In this document: in pieces, positions 1 to 7,108 of the stretch
Layout of the letters: every line of letters starts with the position of its first letter
Numbering within the stretch: the first letter of the stretch is position 1
Source of the DNA: Armatimonadia bacterium
GTDB lineage: Bacteria; Armatimonadota; Zipacnadia; Zipacnadales; UBA11051
DNA length: 18,178 bases
Assembly: GCA_039683575.1 (NCBI GenBank)
Contig: JBDKRC010000028.1
Location: 1-18,178 of the forward strand
Direction of reading: 5' to 3'
Position numbers and translations under genes: made by a program
Notes under the pieces: model-generated
What the model was told of the DNA's origin: nothing
Seen by the model: the letters and a program-made list of their open reading frames with translations, nothing else
The model's database searches: none

Positions 1-1142
1 GACTGATGGGCAGCTACTCCCATCGCCATGAAGCGGACCGCATCATAGACCGAGATGGCTGGCCTGCGATCGTGCGCAACCGCGTCCACGAACTCGTGTA
101 CCAGGTAGGCATGGGAGCCGCCGTGCCCTCCGTACGCAATGCTCTGGCCATCGGTCTCCTGCCAGGCGGCGGCTACCTCCGGCGGCAGCGGATCGCGCAT
201 ATCCTCTACGCTAAGCTCGCGTGTTTCCAACGGCTTGGCGGTGAGCGGTTCGGTGCGATGATTGGTCTGCCAGATACCATCGCGGTAGCTGCCACGGGTT
301 CCGAGTACGCGGAAAGTCTCGGACGCACTGCGGCCCACTTCCCGGAATTCGCAGATACGCACTGTAGCGCCGTTTGACATCAGGAACAGGGCCGTCTCGT
401 TGCTGAAAGCGCTATCGGCGGCGAAGGGGTCGGCATTTCTGTTGGCGTAGCCGTAGCAGGTGACCTTGAGCGCGTGAGCCTTCATCACCGATACTGGCCC
501 GCTGGTTGAGTGGGTAGGGTAATGCATGGGGCCGCCAAGCACGCCTCGCTCCACGTACCTCTTACGCGCCTCAATCCATTCGTGGCCGGCCTTGCTGTCC
601 AGACGCGCTTTGGATACCTCTCGCAGGTTGCATGAGGCGTCCACGTCGTGGAAGTACTCGCCCTCGGCGTAGACGAAGTCCCCGAAGGCACCCTCGGCGG
701 CCATGCGGCGGCAGAACATGGCTTCCGGGCGGTAGCAGGTAGTCTCTCCCAGCATGTAGTGCAGCCCTGTGCGCTGGCAGGTGTTCACCAGCCTGTCGCA
801 CCACTCCAGGATCTCGTCGTCGTCTGGTATTGAGATGATCGGCACGGCACTGTAGACGTGCTTGCCAGCCTCCATGGCCTGCACGCACTGCGGGGCGTGT
901 AGCCACGGCTGGGTTATGATCACCAGGGCATCCAGATCGGCGCGACAGATATCGTCGAGTGTTTCATACGCATCGCGCGGGTTGAACTTGTCTTTCCAGG
1001 ATGCGAGTTCCGCGAACCGGGCGACTCTCTGTGGCTCGCGGTCGCACAGGGCAACGCGGTCCACGAGCGGGTGACGCTTGAACAACTCTGCGAAGCTTGA
1101 ACCGAAGCTCCCCAGCCCTACCAGTCCGATGCTAATTCCCAC
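1..1142 (-). CDS. Gfo/Idh/MocA-family NAD(P)-dependent oxidoreductase, GH109-like; partial, 3' end runs off the left edge
   Basis: Not in the ORF track because there is no stop codon in the window. Read by hand from GTG at 1142, which follows AGAGGAGG with an 8-nt spacer, giving 380 open codons down to position 3: MGISIGLVGLGSFGSSFAELFKRHPLVDRVALCD...DALVIITQPWLHAPQCVQAMEAGKHVYSAVP...GAFGDFVYAEGEYFHD...PMHYPTHS...YGGHGGSHAYLVHEFVDAV...ISVYDA. Has the Rossmann GxGxxG and the typical T-x-P-x-x-H...GKHV motifs. No signal peptide. Confidence 0.9.
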   Translation of the reverse strand, partial: MGISIGLVGLGSFGSSFAELFKRHPLVDRVALCDREPQRVARFAELASWKDKFNPRDAYETLDDICRADLDALVIITQPWLHAPQCVQAMEAGKHVYSAVPIISIPDDDEILEWCDRLVNTCQRTGLHYMLGETTCYRPEAMFCRRMAAEGAFGDFVYAEGEYFHDVDASCNLREVSKARLDSKAGHEWIEARKRYVERGVLGGPMHYPTHSTSGPVSVMKAHALKVTCYGYANRNADPFAADSAFSNETALFLMSNGATVRICEFREVGRSASETFRVLGTRGSYRDGIWQTNHRTEPLTAKPLETRELSVEDMRDPLPPEVAAAWQETDGQSIAYGGHGGSHAYLVHEFVDAVAHDRRPAISVYDAVRFMAMGVAAHQ

Positions 1143-1201
1143 GACTAACGCCTCCTCTATGGTCATACATTCGTGTTACTCTCGGAGTCGTGACCTGCCT
1201 C

Positions 1202-3610
1202 TTACTTGGCCAGCCGGATTTCACCCATTCGTGCAGGCTCGCGGAAGCCCCCGTAGGTTGGCGACCAGGCCAACGAGCGCACCATGCGGGTGGCGCGGAT
1301 GGCGTTGAAGGTGAGGGTATCGCCCGGCTTTGCACCGCCGTTGACGAGCTGACGTAGCGGCAGCGCCATGCGGACCCGCCAGCGATCGGGCGCTGAGACG
1401 TCAGAGCGGAGAACCACGCCGCTGTCCCAAGTTTTGCTCGGCTCACTGTAGGCGAGGTCGTAGTGTATTCCAGCTGCGTTCAGGCCCATCTGCCTATAGC
1501 ACGCGCCGCGGTCACGCGCGAAGAACACTTCCCATTCATCCTCGTTCCACACTGTCTCGGGATCACCAAGCACCAGCTTGCCGGGGTCGATGCCCGCCTC
1601 CTCCAGCTCCACGTACAGGTACTCACCGTCATGCGCCATGCGCGCTTGCACCCGGCGGTCGGTCGATTCGCCGCGCAGAGTGCTCCAGTTGCCCAGCAGC
1701 GCCGCCGTAGTCCAATCAGCCCGATCCGGATCGCCCTTTGCGGCTGCGATGCGCGGGATGCTGGCGCTTGGTAGCTGCGATCCTCGGAGCGCCTGCAGCT
1801 TCAGGAAGCTCTCGCGCCCCTCACACATCCAGCGGTAGATTCCACGGTCAAAGAGCGCTACTCGCTGCTGCTGCACTTCGCTGCCCTCCCGAGCCAGGCG
1901 CCGGGCCCGTGAGAGTAGCCGCGCGTACTCCCGCATCCGCTCCTCCGTGCCCAGATTCGTCCAAGCCTGCAGTTCGCTCTGGGCGGCAGTGGTGCCGGGG
2001 TGGTTGGCCGGGTTGGCGTAGGTTTTCTCCATGAGTTCATACAACTCGCGCATGGGCGCCGCGGCAGGGCCGTAGTAGCGCTCAAAGAACTCGTTGATCG
2101 CGCGGTTTCCGTCCAAAGTCGGATCATCGGCCAGACGGTAGGTAAGGTAGATCTCAAGCTGATCCATAAGCGCGCTGCGCTGGCCGTGAGCGAGGTACGA
2201 AGGCTCGATGAAGAAGCCGCGCACCCCGCTGCGGTGGAACTGCGCGAACTGGCGGACGATGCTATGCGCGAAGAAGCCGGGATAGGGCCGCCAGCCCTGC
2301 GTGCTGGCCCACAGGCTCGGGTAGCAATAGTAGAGCCAGACGAACTTGGGGCGCTGCACGGATTCGCGCGTCCACGCCTGCAGGATGCGTTGATCGTTGC
2401 TCATCGATTCGCGGCTGTACGTCAACCGGGTCGGCAGGCACAGCATGATGCTGACATTGCGCTCCAGGGGCTCACTGGTGGGTGGGTAGACGTAGCGGCT
2501 ATAGGCGAGCGCTGCCAGCCACTTGTCCGGATGGGTCTTTCCCACTTCGCGTGCGACTTTGTTGATGAAGCCAAAGATGTAATTGCTCGCGGTGTCGTTT
2601 GACGTGGTGGCATAGCCGCGCGTCGGCTCCTTCAATATCTGCGCCTGGCAGCGCTCACAGCGACACCACGTGGCGTTGTCCATGGGCACCAGGGCGAAGA
2701 AGTCGCCGGCAGCGATAGCTCGGGGCTGAGCCTTGCCGGTGCTGAAGTACTCACGCGCATCCGCGACGACCTGGTTGACGAAGCCCTGGCTGGTGAAGCA
2801 CATCTGCGGGGGCTGACCCTCGTGGCCCTTGGCAAACCAGTCGGGCTGGCTCTTCAGGAAGCGATCGTAGTAGCCGTAGAAAGAGTGGTTGGCGTTGTAG
2901 CGCGAGCCGCCCTGGCGCATGCGCCGCATAAACAGCTTCGCCGAGCGTGGGTCGAGGTTCGGGTAGCCCTTCTCGTGGTCGATGGTGTCGCCGATCAGGT
3001 CGGCAGGCAGCGATTCGCCCTTGTACACGAAACGATAGATCATCGCCGGGCGTCGCCGGATGTCTCTGCCCCCGACCGTCACGGTGGAACGCTCGGGGAT
3101 CACCTCGCCCAGTTCGGTCGGCAGGTACCATCGCACATCGCAGAATCGTTCGAGGAAGTCATAGACAGCATATACCGTGCCTTGCTCGTCGAAGTCGCCG
3201 GGGAACGTGCCCGCCTTCTGGTAGTCCACCACGCCACGATCCTCGGCGTCGCGGCCCATCAGTATCAAGGTGCCGGGGTGGAAGCCAATCAGGTACTCCT
3301 GGGGGGCGAAAGCGTCACTTTTGAGCCCCAGGGCGCGTGTAGCGGCACTCTCGCCGATGAGAATCGTCGGCCCGGACGTCGGGGCGGCGTCCGTCAACAG
3401 CGGTACGGTGGCCCCTGTCATCTTGTTCAGGTGATACTGCAGTTCAGCGGCCGCGAACTGGGCCGCACGAGTGGGTTTTGCGGCCAGCACGATACTCATC
3501 TTTGCCCGGCCGTCCTCGACGAGCGTCAGCCGTTCGGCTCGCGCTACGCCAATGCCGCCCCCCACCCATGCCGTCAGAAACGCCGCAAGTACCGCGTATG
3601 ATGCCCGCAA
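1202..3610 (-). CDS. Secreted DUF4838-domain glycoside-hydrolase-like protein with N-terminal GH20/GH67-type domain and C-terminal CBM9-like domain
   Basis: 802 aa. TTG start with GGAGG 8 nt upstream, then a signal-peptide-like N-terminus ending VARA. N-terminal motifs AAAELQYHLNKMTGA, TILIGES and GTVYAVYDFLERFCDVRWYLP. DUF4838-type core: HSFY, PDWFA, QMCFTS, PMDNATWCRCERC, FINKVAREV...HPDK...LAY, YLTYRLADDP, FFERYYGPAA. CBM9-like tail: ARMAHDGEYLYV...DEWEVFF...WRVRMALPL...PGD.LTFN. Confidence 0.85.
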   Translation of the reverse strand: MRASYAVLAAFLTAWVGGGIGVARAERLTLVEDGRAKMSIVLAAKPTRAAQFAAAELQYHLNKMTGATVPLLTDAAPTSGPTILIGESAATRALGLKSDAFAPQEYLIGFHPGTLILMGRDAEDRGVVDYQKAGTFPGDFDEQGTVYAVYDFLERFCDVRWYLPTELGEVIPERSTVTVGGRDIRRRPAMIYRFVYKGESLPADLIGDTIDHEKGYPNLDPRSAKLFMRRMRQGGSRYNANHSFYGYYDRFLKSQPDWFAKGHEGQPPQMCFTSQGFVNQVVADAREYFSTGKAQPRAIAAGDFFALVPMDNATWCRCERCQAQILKEPTRGYATTSNDTASNYIFGFINKVAREVGKTHPDKWLAALAYSRYVYPPTSEPLERNVSIMLCLPTRLTYSRESMSNDQRILQAWTRESVQRPKFVWLYYCYPSLWASTQGWRPYPGFFAHSIVRQFAQFHRSGVRGFFIEPSYLAHGQRSALMDQLEIYLTYRLADDPTLDGNRAINEFFERYYGPAAAPMRELYELMEKTYANPANHPGTTAAQSELQAWTNLGTEERMREYARLLSRARRLAREGSEVQQQRVALFDRGIYRWMCEGRESFLKLQALRGSQLPSASIPRIAAAKGDPDRADWTTAALLGNWSTLRGESTDRRVQARMAHDGEYLYVELEEAGIDPGKLVLGDPETVWNEDEWEVFFARDRGACYRQMGLNAAGIHYDLAYSEPSKTWDSGVVLRSDVSAPDRWRVRMALPLRQLVNGGAKPGDTLTFNAIRATRMVRSLAWSPTYGGFREPARMGEIRLAK

Positions 3611-3663
3611 AGCGATCGCCTCCCGAAGAGCAGAGCGTTCATGGTGACTGCCACCAGCGCTCC

Positions 3664-3691
3664 ACTTCTCTCCGGGACGCGAATGACCTCC
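3664..3691 (-). promoter_or_regulatory. Putative SigH-like promoter GGAGGT-N17-GAAGT for the DUF4838 gene
   Basis: Minus strand reads GGAGGT CATTCGCGTCCCGGAGA GAAGT, ending 53 nt upstream of the TTG. The same bipartite motif occurs in other intergenic regions here and matches the Bacillus SigH-type AGGA-N17-GAAT layout. Confidence 0.5.
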
Positions 3692-3730
3692 GCCCTCCTG
3701 GGCAAGAGATTACGGGGCGGTAACGGAAGC

Positions 3731-3759
3731 GCAGGTTCGCGGTATTCAGACGACGAACT
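3731..3759 (+). promoter_or_regulatory. Putative SigH-like promoter GCAGGT-N18-GAACT for the DUF6259 gene
   Basis: GCAGGT TCGCGGTATTCAGACGAC GAACT, divergent from the copy at 3664-3691 and ending 72 nt upstream of ATG 3832. Confidence 0.4.
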
Positions 3760-3831
3760 GGGGCCAGTGGTCTTCGGATGAGACCAAAGCCGTGTCTGTA
3801 ACCGCCACCGGGAGTTCGAAGGGGAGTAATC

Positions 3832-5973
3832 ATGCATAGCAGCGATCCGACCATCTGCGGGCAGGGCGAGACAGGGGAGATTCGGCTGCAAGACTCGTCT
3901 GGCCTGATCGTTCGATTCTGCACCGACGGGCAGCTTCTGGCCATCGAGCGCGAAGGCTGCTCGTGGAGCTTCACTGCGCCTTGTTTCGGCTGGTCGCTTC
4001 GCACGGGATGGGAGGATCGGGAACCCGGAACCTTGCGTCCTTGCGGGGCTGCCGACGTCCAGCAGCCGGACGCGACTCACCTGCGTCTGCGCTTCGACCG
4101 GCTGCAGTACGACGACGGCCGGCAAGTTGAGGTAAAGGCCGAAGTGGTGTGGGAGTTGGCCGACGGACTGCTTCAGGGCCATTTGGAGCGTATGGAGCTA
4201 CCAGAAGGCCTTGCCCCCGCGGCCCTGGCCTTCCCCGAGGTGCGCGTTCCCTACAGCGATGATGCGCAATGGCTGGTCCCCCACGACCTTGGCATGCTTG
4301 TGGAGCGGCCCCTGGAGGGCGCGGTTGAGGCGGCTGACATGAGCGCCTGCTGGCGCGACCGGGCCCATATGCAGTGCACCGCCTGGTTCGCGGGCGGGAA
4401 TGGCCTGCACCTCGATGCCCGCGACACTGACGGCTGGATGAAGTCCGTCCTGCTGCGTGTGGGGCAGGGAACAGCCCAACTGTGCCTCGAGCACCTGCTG
4501 CCCCAGCCCGTGTCTGGGCCCCAGGATTTCCCCCGCTACCGAGTGTCACTGGCGCCGTTCGTGGGCGGCTGGTATGAGGCGGCCCAGATCTACCGGCCGT
4601 GGGCACTGCAGCAGCAGTGGGCTTCACGCGCTCACGACCAGCGGCGCAACAGCTATGTGGCTGAGCTGGCCTGCTGGCTGTGGCTCCGGGGGCGCATCGC
4701 CAATGTCTGTCCGGCGGCCAAGGAAGTCGCCCAACGCCTGCAGCTACCCGTGGCTCTCGATTGGTACTGGTGGCACAAGCACCCCTACGATACTAGCTAT
4801 CCCGACTACTTCCCGCCGCGCGAAGGCGCCGAGGCCTTCAGCGCCGCCGTGGCGGACTTGCAGCGTAACAACGTGAGTGTGCAGGTCTACACGAACGGCA
4901 TGTCCTGGGATCGTGAGGAGCCGCGCTGGGAGACCGAAGGCCGCAAGTGCACTACTGTGCTGCGTGACGGGGAGTACTGGGGGCACGTCTACAACACGTG
5001 GATGAACCGCCGCCTGATGCATACCTGTGGTGCGGCTGAAGGCTGGCACCGACAGGCGCTCATCACCGCCGACGGCGTGGCTGCGCTCGGGCTCGATGGC
5101 CTGTATATGGACCAGATCGCGATCGTAGGGGGAACTACGCCGTGCTTCAGCACCGAGCATGGGCACGTTCCCGGTGGTGGTGCCTATGGAGTGCAGGGGT
5201 TCAGGGAGCTCTTCCGCAAGGTCCGCGAGCAGCATCCGAAGCTGGTGCTCAGCAGCGAGAGCGTATCCGAAGTGTACCAGGACCTGCTTGATTGCTGCAT
5301 CACGCTGCAGACCAGTTGGGAAGCATCGCGCGGGGCGGCGGGGTGCAAGGGAACGACCTTGGTCCCGCTCTTCCAGGCCGTCTACCACGGGCATGCCGTG
5401 GTGTTCGGCAACTACTCGCACATTGATGGCATCACGCCGTGGGACTACCTGTGGCCGGAAGAGGCCCGCCCTGCTGCCTCAGAGGAGCGTGACTGGCACG
5501 CCATTTGCCCCGACCAGTTCGCCCTGGACATGGCGCGCACCGTCGCGTGTGGCTGCCAGCCCTTGGCTACCAACCTCACCATGCAGCACCTCAACAGCCC
5601 TGAACTGGCACCGGAAGTCGATTTCTTCCTCGATCTCAGTCGCTTCTACCACGCCCATCGAGAGTGGCTGCTTTGGGGCGATATGCTCGCCCCTGGCTCG
5701 CTGGACTGTGAGATAGTCGACGTGACCTGCATTCAGCGCAGCATCTTCACGCCACCGTCAAGCATCGAGCCCTTTACGGTCCAACGTCCCGCCGTGCTCC
5801 ACAGCGCCTGGCGCAGCCCTGACGGGGCGGCAGGCCTGTTCCTGGTGAACTACACGCGTTCCGACCAGAGCGTCACGATCCGCCGCTCCGATGGCCTGGT
5901 GCCCGAAGACGGGCAGGCATCATTCACGATGCCTGCGCGCAGCCTGCGCTTTGTGCGCCTGACGGGCGCCTAA
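3832..5973 (+). CDS. DUF6259-type glycoside-hydrolase-like protein (N-terminal beta-sandwich plus TIM barrel), probably cytoplasmic
   Basis: 713 aa, ATG preceded by GAAGGGGAG. Motifs GGWYEAAQIYRPWA, WYWWHKHPYDTSYPDYFPPREG, YTNGMSWD, DGLYMDQIA (candidate catalytic Asp), PCFSTEHGH.PGGG, VPLFQAVYH and AWRSPDG..GLFLVN. No signal peptide. Confidence 0.75.
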   Translation: MHSSDPTICGQGETGEIRLQDSSGLIVRFCTDGQLLAIEREGCSWSFTAPCFGWSLRTGWEDREPGTLRPCGAADVQQPDATHLRLRFDRLQYDDGRQVEVKAEVVWELADGLLQGHLERMELPEGLAPAALAFPEVRVPYSDDAQWLVPHDLGMLVERPLEGAVEAADMSACWRDRAHMQCTAWFAGGNGLHLDARDTDGWMKSVLLRVGQGTAQLCLEHLLPQPVSGPQDFPRYRVSLAPFVGGWYEAAQIYRPWALQQQWASRAHDQRRNSYVAELACWLWLRGRIANVCPAAKEVAQRLQLPVALDWYWWHKHPYDTSYPDYFPPREGAEAFSAAVADLQRNNVSVQVYTNGMSWDREEPRWETEGRKCTTVLRDGEYWGHVYNTWMNRRLMHTCGAAEGWHRQALITADGVAALGLDGLYMDQIAIVGGTTPCFSTEHGHVPGGGAYGVQGFRELFRKVREQHPKLVLSSESVSEVYQDLLDCCITLQTSWEASRGAAGCKGTTLVPLFQAVYHGHAVVFGNYSHIDGITPWDYLWPEEARPAASEERDWHAICPDQFALDMARTVACGCQPLATNLTMQHLNSPELAPEVDFFLDLSRFYHAHREWLLWGDMLAPGSLDCEIVDVTCIQRSIFTPPSSIEPFTVQRPAVLHSAWRSPDGAAGLFLVNYTRSDQSVTIRRSDGLVPEDGQASFTMPARSLRFVRLTGA

Positions 5974-5984
5974 CTCCGCGGAAG

Positions 5985-7025
5985 CTACTTCTTCCCGCGT
6001 TTGGGCTTGGGCTTCAGGTCGCCACATTCGAGCATGCTGAGGTAAGCCGAGTCCTTCTGCTTCAGCGGCAGGTCCACGCGGCCGCGGCGGCGGCTGGATT
6101 CGTAGGTCGCGAAGATGACCTCGGTCGCCTGCAGGGCCCGGCGGGCGGCCAGTTCAGGCTCGCGGCCCGCGACCAGCGAGTCCACTACATCATGCACGCC
6201 CCACGCGACGGCCTCTCCGCCGTGCAGGTGTCCCTCCACCTTCGGCGTCTTCCACTTCCCGTCCCCCTTGCCGCGCACCCACAGGGGCTTCTCCCCTTCG
6301 CGTAGCTCAATGACGCCGTCGGTGCCCATCAGCCGCATGGTGCAGCCGATGCTGTTGTCATTGCCTGTGTAGAGCATGCCTCGCACGCCGTTTGCGAACA
6401 TGAACTCGCAGATTGCCTGGGTTTCGTACGCGAGGCCGAAGACCTGACGGCACTCGGTGCTTGAGATCTGGCCGAGCACCCATGTCGCCGGGGTCTCGTT
6501 GTTGAAAAAGAACATCATGTCCAGCCAGTGTGTACCCCAGTCGATCATGTTGCTGCAGGCGCCCTCAAGGCGCACGAGGTCGCCGATGTCTCCGGACCAG
6601 GCCAGTTCCCTGGCCTTGCGGAAGGCCGGCAAAAAGCGGCGCTGGTGACCGAAGGTTAGTTGGATGCCGGCCTTCTCACAGGCGGCAGCCATCTTTAGCG
6701 ATTCGCCCCAGGTCGGCGCCATGGGCTTCTCGCAGTGGATTGCTTTGACGCCCGCGCGAACGCTGGCCAGCACAGCGGGGCTGTGCAGGTGCGGCCACAG
6801 GCAGATGCTGACGATGTCAGGTTGCTCGGTTTTGAGCATCTTGACGTAATCGGTGTAGATCGCGGCGTCCGCCGCATGGGAAGCGGCTCTGGCCTTAGCC
6901 TTGTCGGGGGCGAGGTCGGCGACTGCGATGATTTCGCACTGGGGGTGAGAGTCGTAGCCAGCGGCGTGGAGGGCGGACATGCCGCCGCAGCCAATGAGGG
7001 CACAGCGAAAGTGAGGTGTAGCCAT
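5985..7025 (-). CDS. Gfo/Idh/MocA-family NAD(P)-dependent dehydrogenase
   Basis: The likely start is ATG 7025 (MATPHFRCALIGCGGMS), preceded by AAGAAGGAG, rather than 7136 from the track, which overlaps the MFS gene; 346 aa. Motifs GCGGMS, PDIVSICLWPHLH, canonical CEKPMA, GHQRRF, GDIG and DWGTHWLD. Confidence 0.92.
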   Translation of the reverse strand: MATPHFRCALIGCGGMSALHAAGYDSHPQCEIIAVADLAPDKAKARAASHAADAAIYTDYVKMLKTEQPDIVSICLWPHLHSPAVLASVRAGVKAIHCEKPMAPTWGESLKMAAACEKAGIQLTFGHQRRFLPAFRKARELAWSGDIGDLVRLEGACSNMIDWGTHWLDMMFFFNNETPATWVLGQISSTECRQVFGLAYETQAICEFMFANGVRGMLYTGNDNSIGCTMRLMGTDGVIELREGEKPLWVRGKGDGKWKTPKVEGHLHGGEAVAWGVHDVVDSLVAGREPELAARRALQATEVIFATYESSRRRGRVDLPLKQKDSAYLSMLECGDLKPKPKRGKK

Positions 7026-7108
7026 CTGCAGTACTCCTTCTTGGTGTATGCCGGATGGGTCTATTGCTCGCCAACTGTGATGATACATTCCGCGATTCTG
7101 GGTGCGGC

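Noticed and set aside
1161..1195. GGTCA...TGACC stem with inner ACTC/GAGT after the DUF4838 stop, as a terminator
   Set aside because: The stem is weak and interrupted, with no U-tract on the coding strand.
6..1308. Short ORFs in the track over 1-1300 (6..377+, 571..906-, 862..1074+ and others)
   Set aside because: They are antisense or off-frame shadows of the minus-strand Gfo/Idh/MocA gene starting at 1142, which has an SD and clear family motifs.
3725..3790. Resemblance to a c-di-GMP-II riboswitch (GGAAGC...GCCAGTGGT with a possible pseudoknot)
   Set aside because: It lacks the GGCAC/GTGCAACC core with its AA bulge, the kink-turn GA pairs and a closing P1 directly after the pseudoknot.
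3574..4182. 202-aa minus-strand ORF spanning the divergent intergenic region
   Set aside because: It overlaps the 5' ends of two supported genes, has non-protein-like composition and no clear RBS.
5974..5984. TCCGCGGA palindrome between convergent stops
   Set aside because: An 8-bp palindrome in GC-rich DNA is expected by chance and too short to be a terminator.
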